A model generated the notes under the pieces. That model made no database searches. It worked only from the letters and a program-made list of their open reading frames with translations, and was not told the DNA's origin. A stretch of 64,000 nucleotides of DNA from Macrostomum lignano (taxonomy: Eukaryota), in the NCBI GenBank assembly GCA_002269645.1, contig NIVC01002133.1, forward strand, positions 124,001 through 188,000, read 5' to 3'. Positions 12,396 to 52,885 of the stretch are shown here, piece by piece; the stretch's first letter is position 1, and every line of letters starts with the position of its first letter. The translations under genes and the position numbers were made by a program.

Positions 12396-13114
12396 TTGTC
12401 TCTCTCATAAACAAAGCTGCCATGCAATTATAGAATTTTTCAATTTCCTAGGAGGGAGTCATGGGCCCCTATTCTTTTCGAGGAAGGTCGGCGGACCCCC
12501 TTGACCTCCTTCTGGATCATCTACACAACGCTTCAACCTAAAGTGCTAAAATGATTTAATATCGAAAGTTATTCCGAAGTTATTCCGAAGAAAAGAGAGT
12601 TCGCCAATTTACTGCTGCAAACTGGAAAAATAGCCTGAAAAATAAATTTCCATAAATTTGAAGTGTTCCTACCAACATCTCTTAGTCCGATAAAACGCAC
12701 TGGATCTCAGACAGTGCTCCCCCTGTTTGTTGGCCTCTGTGAGGGAGAGCAGCCGCAAGCACTGGCATTGAGCTGTGCCAGTCAGTCAGGCCACGCCCTG
12801 TTTTTTCCAATTTTTATGCTGAGCTGGCATGGCGCTTCGATTGAAGTTGAAGGAGAGCTCGTGCAGGTTTGTGGCGAATGCTACCGCAGCCTCAAAGCTG
12901 ATTGCACAGATATGGCATCGATTTTTTGCTCACGGGCGTCGCCACAGGAGGTAAGGAGGATCGTTACATGATGCTAGCTCGTACACTGGCGAATGCCTCG
13001 TACTGGCGGCACTCGAGGAAGACTGAGACCGATCCATCCTGAGTGGCCAGTCGTGTTATGCCCGTTTTTAATCTTTTTTTTGGGATGCCTGATTAAGCGT
13101 GCGTGTCTAGTTTG

Positions 13115-14715
13115 ATTGGCACACACTGGCACAGGTGGGGCAGTTTGATTGGCACACACTGGGCACAGGTGGGGCAGTTTGATTGGCACACACTGGCACA
13201 GGTGGGGCAGTTTGATTGGCACACACTGGCACAGGTGGGGCAGTTTGATTGGCACACACTGGCACAGGTGGGGCAGTTTGATTGGCACACACTGGGCACA
13301 GGTGAGGCAGTTTGATTGGCACACACTGGCACAGGTGGGGCAGTTTGATTGGCACACACTGGCACAGGTGAGGCAGTTTGATTGGCACACACTGGCACAG
13401 TGAGGCAGTTTGATTGGCACACACTGGCACAGGTGGGGCAGTTTGATTGGCACACACTGGCACAGGTGGGGCAGTTTGATTGGCACACACTGGCACAGGT
13501 GGGGCAGTTTGATTGGCACACACTGGCACAGGTGGGGCAGTTTGATTGGCACACACTGGCACAGGTGAGGCAGTTTGATTGGCACACACTGGGCACAGGT
13601 GGGGCAGTTTGATTGGCACACACTGGGCACAGGTGAGGCAGTTTGATTGGCACACACTGGCACATGTGGGGCAGTTTGATTGGCACACACTGGCACAGGT
13701 GAGGCAGTTTGATTGGCACACACTGGCACAGGTGGGGCAGTTTGATTGGCACACACTGGACACAGGTGAGGCAGTTTGATTGGCACACACTGGCACAGGT
13801 GGGGCAGTTTGATTGGCACACACTGGGCACAGGTGAGGCAGTTTGATTGGCACACACTGGCACAGGTGGGGCAGTTTGATTGGCACACACTGGCACAGGT
13901 GGGGCAGTTTGATTGGCACACACTGGCACAGGTGGGGCAGTTTGATTGGCACACACTGGCACAGGTGGGGCAGTTTGATTGGCACACACTGGCACAGGTG
14001 GGGCAGTTTGATTGGCACACACTGGGTACAGGTGGGGCAGTTTGATTGGCACACACTGGCACATGTGGGGCAGTTTGATTGGCACACACTGGGTATAGGT
14101 GGGGCAGTTTAATTGGCACACACTGGCACAGGTGGGGCAGTTTGATTGGCACACACTGGCACAGGTGGGGCAGTTTGATTGGCACACACTGGGTACAGGT
14201 GGGGCAGTTTAATTGGCACACACTGGCACAGGTGGGGCAGTTTGATTGGCACACACTGGCACAGGTGAGGCAGTTTGATTGGCACACACTGGCACAGGTG
14301 GGGCAGTTTGATTGGCACACACTGGCACAGGTGGGGCAGTTTGATTGGCACACACTGGGTACAGATGGGGCAGTTTGATTGGCACACACTGGGCACAGGT
14401 GGGGCAGTTTGATTGGCACACACTGGGTACAGATGGGGCAGTTTGATTGGCACACACTGGCACAGGTGAGGCAGTTTGATTGGCACACACTGGCACAGGT
14501 GGGGCAGTTTGATTGGCACACACTGGGCACAGGTGGGGCAGTTTGATTGGCACACACTGGCACAGGTGGGGCAGTTTGATTGGCACACACTGGGTACAGA
14601 TGGGGCAGTTTGATTGGCACACACTGGGTACAGGTGGGGCAGTTTGATTAGCACACACTGGCACAGATGGGGCAGTTTGAATGGCGCACACTGGGTACAG
14701 GTGGGGCAGTTTGAA
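13115..14715. repeat. 33/34-bp minisatellite (CAGTTTGATTGGCACACACTGGCACAGGTGGGG) x ~48
   Basis: Directly visible. Source of the Cys-rich pseudo-ORFs 12974-14620 and neighbours. Confidence 0.97.
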
Positions 14716-14748
14716 CCTCTGGCCGTCAAGATATTCAACGATTCAGCC

Positions 14749-14907
14749 AGAAGGTCGGATTTTTCCTATAAGCGTCAGTGTATTCAGTACACCCCTGAGC
14801 GCCAATCAGCACTGCACTTCATTGCAGCCTTGCCAAACTTCTGAATTTCATCAGCACGTCGACCATATGAGTCTGCATCAGATCTGACTTCGTTGGTCAC
14901 TGGTCTT
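14749..14907 (-). repeat. Dispersed repeat, copy 1 (other copy at 57625-57771 +)
   Basis: The reverse complement AAGACCAGTGACCAACGAAGTCAGA.CTGATGCAGAC.CAT.TGGTCGACGTGCTGATGAAA...GGAAAAATCCGACCTTCT aligns by eye to 57625-57771. Confidence 0.85.
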
Positions 14908-16699
14908 CCCCGAGGCGTTGCGAAGTTCTCAAGTTTCGCTGATCAAGCCTCGACATTGGGCAAGACTCAACTGCTGGACATTCTCAGCTAGTTGTTCAAG
15001 ACTTCTCGCTTTTCGGCTTCAAGCATCCTTCGGAAACCCCTTCTTCTGGTTTTTCATCTTCATCGCGACGTTCCCGAAGGAATGCCCCGAAATGGAAGCA
15101 GCTGACACTCCAACATGCCTAAAAGCCAGCCAGCATCTCCCCCCCTTTCCCAAAGCGTTAATCCATTCGGATTGGCCATGAAAGCGTGTCTCTCCCTCGT
15201 CCTGAGCCAAGCGAGTGTGCAATGGCCCGCACAGCCACCCCATCGCCAGACCCTCGGCTCAGCGCCCCCGCTGTGCCCGCAGCTGTACACTGCGCGCCAA
15301 GGAGGTCCAGAGCCAGAACCTGGTGAGTGCCCCGGCTCTTCCCTATTTTCAGACAACTATAGGCTGACTGCAGTTTTTGGTTTGCGCACTCAATTTATAG
15401 AGCTTCGGTTGCGGTTAAACTGATTGAAGTTTATGACCGATTTAAAAAGCATTTGTCTTATCGCAGCACTTTTATGTCTAGCTTGATAATATAAAATAGC
15501 GGTTTTCTAAACTTTTATTGATACTAGTCAGACGCCCATTCACCCTATCGCCTAGCAGCCCACAGTTGTCCGAAAAATGGAGTTCCCAAATCCAGGTCCT
15601 GGCTCTGGCGAGTCCTTGGCTGCGCACAGGACAGTGGAGCGGGCTGGCCTTACACACACCAGGAAGAGAGCGGATCTGCCCCTCTCCTCCGACTGTCTGT
15701 CTCACATTTCCCCAAAGAAAATCCCCGCTCCCGTACAGTGAGTGCACCGAGGGCCGCTTCAGAACTGGCAGAGGCAGCCATTCTTGCAAACTCCGCCATC
15801 AAGGAAAGTTTAATTGACAGACTCAGCAGCCGCCTTAGCTCAAAGCCCAGCTGAGGAGTCCGGGTGAGTGCCCTCCATCTCCCTCTCCCTTCGAGGCGGA
15901 TCAATGATATACTTGAATTAATAAAGCAAGGCACTGCCTTAGCTGTACAGCAACTGGCACGCACGGAGACATGCCTCTCCATTCAATAATGAAACTGTAT
16001 TGTGCTCTTGTCAGCGGAGGCTGAGCAGATAAACTCATCAAGGCATCCCATTGTTTCCCGTTTTGGCAGCCTCCTCTTGTTCCTCGCTGCATCCCCAGCA
16101 GCCCTGATCACGGCCGGAGTAGCAGAAGCAGCCTCACAGCCAAAAGACGTATCCAATTTCCCTTTTAAAAAATTCCTCAGAAAATCTATCGCAAATTTTC
16201 CTATCCCAATCGCCGCCTCAAGCCGGGCAGCGGCGGCGAGCCGCACTCGGCTGAAACAACATCCCACAGGGGGGGGGATTGCAGACCTGAATAGGAGCCA
16301 AAGCCCTCAGCAGGCTGCTTATAGCACCGAGGAATAGGGAGGGAGACAAGGACATTCTGAGCGACTGTCGCCAGAGCTGCTCAGCTGCCGTCGAATCAAC
16401 ATCGACTTGGGCGGCCAAAAAAGCAGACATTCGCGGCCGGCTGCTGGGACCGACTTTAAATCTGCTGCCCTGCTCTGCTTTGTCATCTTTTTGCTTTTCT
16501 GCCGCTCTCAAAACTCAGAGCGAGCATGCAGAGCAACCACCTCAGTCCTGCAGCTCCGCACACCCGCAGGCGGCAGTCCTCGCTCAGCGACTGCGACCGC
16601 CGGAGCAACTCGTCGCACCCGTCCGCTGCCTGCAGCCTCAGCCGCGTCAAGGTGAAGTCCCCCTCCACATCGCGACAGCACAGCGGCGGTGGTGGCGGC

Positions 16700-44146
<27,447 letters not shown>

Positions 44147-44989
44147 AACATTACTTATACAATTTAAATATTGCCGCTGAACCGCATCATTGTGTGCTTG
44201 GAACGTAGAGTGGAGCTCCGTTCTCCCAATCTTTAATTTGTTTTTTTTAAATTATTTATTTTGCCCAAAACGTTTTCCGCCCTCGCTTTTACGCGGTCTG
44301 AATATTTGATTCTCTCTCAAATTTCGCCTTCGCCTGCCTACCGTTTGCTGTGGTTTCACATTAATATCTCGTTGCCAGGATATGCCACGCTAACGTACGC
44401 ACACCGCTTACTCTTAGGCTAGCTATTCAGCATTCTTCAAGAAATTACTAAGTATATTGCTTGCTTGCGAACCTTCAAGTAGATGATCTTGAATTCTCGC
44501 CTTGCCCAGTCCGACCTGCTTTAGCGGTAATCCAAATATACAGCAAGCAGAGAGTTTGGCTGCTTCTGTTTTTGACTGACCAAGTGACTTTCCAGATCTG
44601 ACCAATCCACTGCCGTATGCTGCTGTGAAGGCGATGGAAAGATTAGTCACCGCCCTCGGGCCGTATTTGGCTTCCCCAAATCTGTGCAAAGCTTTGGAAG
44701 CCGACCGCAAACACCATTGGCAAATGGAGCGGCACTTCAGAGACTTAAAGACTTAATTACCATTAAAGAGTTTTGGCTTTAAGGGATTTAGGACATTAAG
44801 AGCTTCAATGGAACTTCGCAAAAACTGCCTAGAACACTTAAACTGGCGCTTCAATAATTTCATAAATTCTCCCTTGCATTGGGATTTGCTCTTGTTAGAC
44901 TTTCATACCGTTGTTTTCAAATTGAAGAGAAGCTGAAGAGCTCAAAAGTACGGACTTAGTCAGTCTCGTTTCATTTCATTTCATTCATT

Positions 44990-45410
44990 TGGACCGTGTG
45001 AACCATGTGGACCGTGTTGGTCATGTGGACCGTGTGGTTCATGTGGACCGTGTAGGTCATGTGAACCATGTGGACCGTGTAGGTTATGTGAACCATGTGG
45101 ACCGTGTAGGTCATGTGAACCATGTGGACCGTGTAGGTCATGTGAACCGTGTGGGTCACGTGGACAATGTGGGTCATGTGGACCGTTTAGGTCATGTGGA
45201 CTGTGTGAACCATGTGGACCGGGTGGATCATGTGGACCGTGTGGATCATGCAGACCGTGTGGATCATGCAGACCGTGTGGGTCATGTGGACCATGTAGGT
45301 TATGTGGACCGTGTAGGTTATGTGAACCGTGTAGGTCATGTGGACTGTGTGAACCATGTGGACCGTGTGGGTCATGTGGACCGTGCGGGTCATGTGGACC
45401 GTGCTGACCA
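44990..45410. repeat. 9/18-bp repeat (CATGTGGACCGTGTAGGT)
   Basis: Directly visible. Confidence 0.95.
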
Positions 45411-46187
45411 AGTGTTTCAACTTGGCCGCGAGGTCCATACGGAGCAATGGCCTCGTAGAAAGCGCAAAGTCACTCGAGCCCCTCGTGAACCATACGGAAG
45501 CTCACGGAGCCCACGGTCAGTAGAGCGTCTATATCGAACGGCGTGGTGCCCGTTTTATACCCAGCTCTACGAGTTACAGTTTGTCGCGTTGCAGGTTTCG
45601 GAATGCGTACCCGCTTCCATCCTGGTAGAATGCTGGTCTGATCACGGCCGAATTCGGGTGGACCGAGGTCACGGCTGTCTCTTCCATTCCAGTTTCTTGT
45701 CCGGACGATTTCGAGCACCGCTCAGGTTACCGTCCGGTTCAATTTCAGATGCAAAGATACGGACCGGATTATTTCGAATGTGTCGTCGGTTAGAAAATCC
45801 TGAGCATCGTTGCCGTCTCTGAGAGCCCGGCCCTCTTCGCCCTCTTGGCCCACATTTATACGTGTATTCATCATTATAAGTGTGCTCCAGAAGTGTGCCA
45901 GCCATTGAGATACTGTTGCTGAAAAGTTTTTTTTAAAAATAACAAAAAATAGTTTTCTAAAGCTGCTTTAACTAAGGTATATTGGATCGAAGATTGACAT
46001 TGTGGCGGTTAAACCATTGCGGGTTAATGCATCGCGGACAAGCATTTTTGACAGTTCTGTAAAAACCATATACACGCGTACGGAGCAGCTGGAAAATGAT
46101 GTTTGTGAGTTTTTGATGCATGCAGCACTCAGCGTACGGTACAATGAAAATGCACGTTTCTGTCGCCTGCTTGACGGCGACCCCCAG

Positions 46188-47744
46188 CTAGACATGACCG
46201 CCGCCGCGGAAGCCGCGACTTCTTTGAACCAGCGGCGACGCAACAGCTCTGCGCAGCGGCAGTGGGGGCGGGGGAGGCGACGGCGGAGGCGGCGGGAGCG
46301 GCGGCAGCAGAGACGGTAGCAGCGGCGCGTCGCTTACTCGAGGCTGCGGCTCCTGCGGCATCTGGCCAGTGCGCACGTAGCAATAGATGTCCTCCACCTC
46401 GTCCAGCAGCTCGTGGATGTTTGCCCCGGGCGGCGAGACTGGAGTCAGCGGCATTGGCGGCGGTGACACCGGAGTGAGCGGAAGCTGCGGCAGCGGTACG
46501 GGCGGCGGTGGTGGCTGCGGGGGCGACTGCAGCTTGTCGGTGGATTCGGCCAGCCGCTCTGTGAGGTGCCGCAGGGAGCCCGCCGGGTGGCACGCGCGAA
46601 GGAACTGCTCGGAGCGTGTCCAGTGACGCTGCAGCTGTCGCCGGTGCCGCCGCAGGCTCGGTGGGCCCGCACAGAACGCGTGACCTCCATCCAGCATCTC
46701 TGGCGTCACAACCAGCAGCCGGTCGGGGTCGGACAGGCTGGCGAAGAACAGCAGGCGGCCCTGGGCGAGCCCGCTAAGACGTAAGCCGCGCCTTCCTCCG
46801 GTTGGCAGCCAGGGCAGCGGTGGCCGGCCCGGCGGCACCGGACGAACGCTCAGTGGCAGCCGAAGGCGGTCCAGCAGGGAGCGCAGTTGCTGAACTCCAG
46901 AGATTCCGTCCGGCCCGGCCACCGGGCTGGCGCTGCAGCGGTCCGCGAGGCTCAGATAAACCGGCCGCCCGCCGCTGCGAATGTCGAGGCACTTCAGCAT
47001 TGCCAGCTGGCGGCAGCCTCCCCGCTTCCTGACCGAATAGCGGCCGCTCTCCACGCAGGTCAGCACCGTGCCAGCCCGCAGCAGGCCGCCTGGCTCAACC
47101 CACTCGGTGCCACTTCCGCCACCACCGCCGCTGCTGCTGCCGCCACCGCTGCCGCTGGCTCCGCTATCAGCATCTCCTCCGCCACCGCCGCCGCTGCAAC
47201 CGAGCCAGCACTTCTGATCGCGACGGAGGAACAGCGACTTTGGCGCCGCTTTCGCCGCCTCCTTGACGCTTGTCCAGGACGGAGCGGCGTCCCCGCTCTC
47301 GTTGAGCAGCTCCAGCCAGGCCTGGTGCCGGTCGGTCATGGCCAGCTGCACGCCGCCCTCCTGCTCGCGGGCCGCGCCCCGGCCCAGCTTGATCCAGGAG
47401 CCCGTCACCAGTCGGACGTCGGACACGGCTCTCAGCATGAGCGGTTCCTGGTTGCTGAGACCGCATGGGCAGCGGTCCCGCTGGCAGCGGATGCTCACAA
47501 GGAGGCCGCCGCCGACAACGCCGCTACCGCTTTGAGATTCCGAGGCCGGCTCTGCGGAAGCCGCTTCTGCCTCTGGCCCGGCCTCCAGCTCCGCTTCGAG
47601 CTCCGCCGCAGCAGCCGACGCAATTTCAATCAGCTGCGAGGCACTGTCCGCCTCTCGTTGCCAAGACATCGGAGGATGCTCAGGCACCTGCGCTTTGGAG
47701 CCCCTGGCGCCGCCGGCCACCGGAGTCCCCTTTGTCGACGGCAT
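46188..47744 (-). CDS. Intronless CABIT-domain protein (Serrano/GAREM/THEMIS family), 518 aa; the start could be the Met near 47670
   Basis: WLELLNESG...SVKEAAKAAPKSLFLRR, LKCLD...VYLSL...SPVAGPDGISGVQQLRSLL..LRLPLSVR and EVEDIYCYVR match Serrano-type CABIT motifs, followed by a Pro-rich tail. ATG start with an in-frame stop immediately upstream. Confidence 0.75.
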   Translation of the reverse strand: MPSTKGTPVAGGARGSKAQVPEHPPMSWQREADSASQLIEIASAAAAELEAELEAGPEAEAASAEPASESQSGSGVVGGGLLVSIRCQRDRCPCGLSNQEPLMLRAVSDVRLVTGSWIKLGRGAAREQEGGVQLAMTDRHQAWLELLNESGDAAPSWTSVKEAAKAAPKSLFLRRDQKCWLGCSGGGGGGDADSGASGSGGGSSSGGGGGSGTEWVEPGGLLRAGTVLTCVESGRYSVRKRGGCRQLAMLKCLDIRSGGRPVYLSLADRCSASPVAGPDGISGVQQLRSLLDRLRLPLSVRPVPPGRPPLPWLPTGGRRGLRLSGLAQGRLLFFASLSDPDRLLVVTPEMLDGGHAFCAGPPSLRRHRRQLQRHWTRSEQFLRACHPAGSLRHLTERLAESTDKLQSPPQPPPPPVPLPQLPLTPVSPPPMPLTPVSPPGANIHELLDEVEDIYCYVRTGQMPQEPQPRVSDAPLLPSLLPPLPPPPPSPPPPPLPLRRAVASPLVQRSRGFRGGGHV

Positions 47745-49394
47745 TCAGGGCCGTCCAGCTGATTGCAGAATTCAATCGGGCTTTGCAGTTCGATCAGCTT
47801 CAGACAGCGGCAGAGAATTGAAAGATCTGAACAGTTGCTGCGCGCAACCGCTTTTTATTTGGGACTGGGCGATAGGGGAAAGCGTTTCTGCCAGCTTGGA
47901 GGCAAGAGCCGAGGTATGGGCGGGACAAGTGGCGGGGGGCGGGTGGTAAAAAAATTTGCCCCCCCCCATGTGTGCAGGACGGAATGAAGGCTGGGGTCGA
48001 TGTGAAGCCTCCAGTTTCTGTTCGCAGGCGCCAGGGGTGATTGGAGGTCAGGGACGCCTGCTGTCACAGGGAGGTTTTCACGGTAGAGTAAAAAAAACAG
48101 CCGCCCCTGATTGGCTGCTCAGTCCTGCTGGAACTTTTTTCTCGACTTTGGTGACTCATCGCTGGGCAGCGCAGGCAGCTGCAATGTCCTTGTGGTGTCT
48201 GCCAGACAGAAATTCGCCGGAGACATTAAAGTGGCTGCGCAAGAAGAATACGAGCGTAATAAAAACCTCGAGCGCAGGGGAAAAACGCTCGGGCGAGCGT
48301 TCGAAGCGATCAAGCATTTCCATGTGCGCTGTTCCGGCCTGCCTCCCCCCCCCGTGTTTGATCCGGTGCTTCTCTTGGCACGCTGGAACCCGCGGTGCGG
48401 CCTTGGGCTGGCGGGTGTGCCGGCCGGGTGGGCGGCCATGGGAGGCGGATACAAAACTGCATGCACCAAATGGCATGGACGTGCAAGTGCAGGAGAGGCT
48501 GCAGAGGAGAGAGGAAGGGAGGGAGGGAGGGGGCCTGTGTCCGGATCCCGGCTACAGAAGCCAAACTGTTCGATGTTGAAGCAGGCTGCTGGTGTTCTCC
48601 TAAAAACTAACCGGAGAATTTTCCCAAGCTTAACAGAGAGCGAGAGGCTCTCGGTCCAGCGGGCAAGCCAGAGAAAGAGAGGGGAAGCAGAATGCCAGTC
48701 AGCTTGGACTGCTTTACCTCATTGCTTTACCCTTCTGGATACTGTAAGCAAAGTGTGCCGAAGGCAGATGAAGTTGTCAGGGACAAACTTCAAACTTTCT
48801 TGCTCTGTTTGGAGAGATAAATCAAAAATCGACAACCGCGGAGTGCTGGCGGCCCAGCAGCAGCATTTGGCATGTGGGCGTGTAATTTTTGTGACTAAAA
48901 TGCTAGTAGAGTCATAATAACGGCAAAAGCGGTTTTCATAGATTCGGAAGCCGCTGGTTATGATATCTAAAGACGGAATTTTCCTTCTTGTCCAACTGAA
49001 CTTTTCCGCAGTCACCTCACGGCCGGCCGGAGAAGAATCGCGTCATTATCGCCTTTTTTCGACTTTCCTCCTTTAATTGCTTCGCACTCTGGCGGGCGCC
49101 TCTGTCGTGTTTGTCTACTGTCTGGCCAACTAAACATTCTGTTCTATCTTTCCTCTGTGCAGTAGTCCGGTAGGCAGCGAGTGCCGATGTCTTTATTTAC
49201 TTCGTTCATGGGTGGCCGAGAAAGGAGAGCTGGAGGCCCCTGACAAATTAATGCAGCCTCTTCTTGGATTCTATCCCGATTTCTCATCTTTCGCTTCATT
49301 TACCCTCTCCACAGTTGCTTCTGCTGTCTCCCTTGCGTCTTGCTCTCGCGAGAAAACACCCATATTTCCACATTAGCTTTGTGGACGGCCTAAC

Positions 49395-50345
<951 letters not shown>

Positions 50346-50599
50346 CTACCTTATTAATTAACAAACTCAGAAAATATATTGTTATTATATATTTCGTGGC
50401 GGCTTCCTATCTATCTTAATCCCAAATCACGCTTCGATGTGCATCTTTTCTTGATTTTGACTCTCGAGTCCGTTTTTAGCATGAATAAAATAAAATTTGA
50501 AGCCTCCTACTCAAAGTAGGTGGTCTGTAGGAGAAGCTAGCTTTGCCTCCCTCCGGACCGCCGGTGAGGAAAAAACTCGTTCGATAGATGGCACCAATA

Positions 50600-50918
50600 T
50601 ATTAACAATTAATTAATAATAATTCATTTCACCTGCCCCACTTGGGCCAGATGCGCAACCGACAGCTCAGCCGCAGGTATTGCGCGGCGCATCTGAAGGC
50701 TGCGTACGGCTGTTCAGTTCAAGGACTGGGGGGGGGTCGCCACACACACCCTCAATTACCCCAGCTAATGCTGCCATCCATTTTATAGCTGGGTGGACTG
50801 AAGCAACACGGAGTTAAGTGTCTTGCTCAAGGACAAAAATTTTCCAGTGAAATCGCGAATCGAACCCCCGACCTTCAAGTCGTGAGACCGATGCTCTCAC
50901 CACAAGGCTACAAACCCC
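50600..50918 (-). mobile_element. tRNA-headed CORE-like SINE, copy 2
   Basis: Reverse complement GGGGTTTGTAGCCTTGTGGT (A box)...GGTTCGATTC (B box)...CCTTGAGCAAGACACTTAACTC...TATAAAATGG with an AT-rich tail; colinear with 42028-42334. Confidence 0.8.
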
Positions 50919-52119
50919 TTTTATCAGTGATTTATTGATATCTGAGTTTGAGCTCCGTCTCTCAAATCCCGGCTTCTTTGACTGCTTTGAGGTATTCGGA
51001 TTTACTGGTCGATAGAATTGCCGACCGAGGGACAGCGCCAGAGATCAAAGTCGACCAAAGCTTGGCTCTTTTTTCACTGAACGTGTCTTCATTGCTGTGG
51101 GTGTCCTCTGCATGCGTTTTGGGCGTGGTCGGCCTTGCTGACAAGCCTAAAGAGCAGCAGATGCCGCAGCTCTCAGCTATCTCTCTCCTCTCTCTCTCCC
51201 TCTGTCTCTCCCCCCTCTCTCTACTACTATCTAGTACTACCAAGTCAAGCCTCACGCCTCATATTAGCCCTGAGGAAGAAACTAAATTACTCGTATTCGA
51301 AATATCACTGACGCGTCGTTTGTCAAATGAGAGAAGCGATTTTCACGATTTCAACGCTAGAGAAAACAGACACGATATATTGCGACCGCGATAGTGACAA
51401 TATTGGGGCGTCGGCTTGCGCGCACAGAGAGTATAAAATAAATAACGTGCATAAAGCGAATGCGTACAGTTCTGGTATAAGATACAATTGGCTCATGAGT
51501 AAATAAATGCTTGTAAATCAATAACTCAAGAGTCTAAATTCATAGATTGACATGCCGCCTCAATCACTTTGCTTTAACATCTGCGTTATCGCATCAGTGC
51601 TTTGGGATTTGAGAACTCTTCCCTCTACCCTCTCGCTCTCTTGAGGATCCACCTCAGTAAGCCAGAGGGCAGAGGACCCAAAGAGCGTCCTCGTTTCAAG
51701 AATGTGTGCCTACGTACGCATCCGTGTGCTCAGTGGTGAGAATCTTGTCTCCTCACTGGCTGCCGGTCGACTATCGCCTTGAATTGAGGTCGTACGCAAA
51801 GGCCTTTGAAAATGATTAGCTCCTGTGCTCAGGGTGCTGATTCACTGCATAAGAAATAAGAAATAATTGAAATAGCGTCGTTATTAAAATGACAGATGAA
51901 GTTGCACGAGGTACCCACTGGACACCAACTGAAGCGAGAATCGTGAATCGTTCTCAAGCTGCAGCAGTGCATGCGCCCCTGACCCAGTGAGCATTCTCAT
52001 TGGCTACAACGGACTGCCAATCCACTCCATCCTGCTGCTAAAAATTGCACTCAGTGCAGGGCGAATTCGCACTGATTGCCAAGTCCCATTTCAAATCTCA
52101 GACATCCGCAATTCGAGCA

Positions 52120-52885
52120 ATGGCGTCAGACGAAGAGCTGCTGATGGCCTTCAGGGCCATTGACAAGGGTAACACGGGTGTCATCAGTGCAGATGAGCTG
52201 AGAGCCTTCCTATACAAGAAGCGTTACAACGAACTGTTTGTTCAGGTGAGAAAGAAGCTTCAATTTACTTGCTACCCTTACCTGTAGACATGTTGGTAAA
52301 TTTGACTTGCATGATTTGACAGAAATATTTGCGACTATTCGACCGCAACCACGACGGCAAGATCACTCTGGAGGAATATCAGAACACACTGAACGAGATA
52401 CCCAGAGCGCAGAGGCAGTAAGTGTCATGGGGTTCGTAGCTTGCTTTCAGACTATGGCCATTAAGGGGATTCTTCTGCAAAGCAACCGGGCAGAAGGTGG
52501 ACTTCTACGGATCTATTTACTGATAAAGGGCAGTGTACCTTGAAAAAACTAAACTACAAGGCTAGGATTGATATTATTCTATCTGTTCAACATTTACCGA
52601 GGTTCACAAGCCAGTTGCAACACTAAATCCCCTTTCCCTGCCACCTACGGAGCAATAGTATTCAGGTACAGCCAGTGGCGCCAACTGTTCGAGAGCATCG
52701 ACAAGGATGGCAACGGCTTCATCACTAAGAACGAGCTGCAGGCAGCCGTGCATGAGATGGGTGCCGGCTCTCTGTTTCATATGCGCGACTTCGACCGCTT
52801 CTTTGAGCAGGGCGACTCGGATCGCGACGGTCGGATGAACTATCGCGAGTTCCTGGAGTGGATGAACAAGTCGCAGACGGCCTGA
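52120..52885 (+). CDS. Four-EF-hand 16-kDa calcium-binding protein (SME16-like), paralog A; exons 52120-52245, 52323-52417, 52666-52885 (146 aa)
   Basis: EF loops DKGNTGVISADE, DRNHDGKITLEE, DKDGNGFITKNE and DSDRDGRMNYRE. GT-AG introns of phase 0 and 2. The IPRAQRQYSQWRQLFESIDKD linker resembles schistosome SME16. Confidence 0.92.

Noticed and set aside
15983-16267. Minus-strand ORF shown as MGCCFS..., resembling a dual-acylation N-terminus
   Set aside because: The start codon is GTG (16267-16265), not ATG, so the motif is an artefact of the ORF caller. There is no recognisable domain.
44420-44720. Possible LINE reverse-transcriptase remnant (LPYAAVKAMERLVTALGPYL)
   Set aside because: Only a vague resemblance to RT domain 2, too short and interrupted to support without a profile search.
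47465-48917. Overlapping plus-strand ORFs opposite or upstream of the CABIT gene
   Set aside because: They are GC-rich antisense shadows with no recognisable motifs or splice support.
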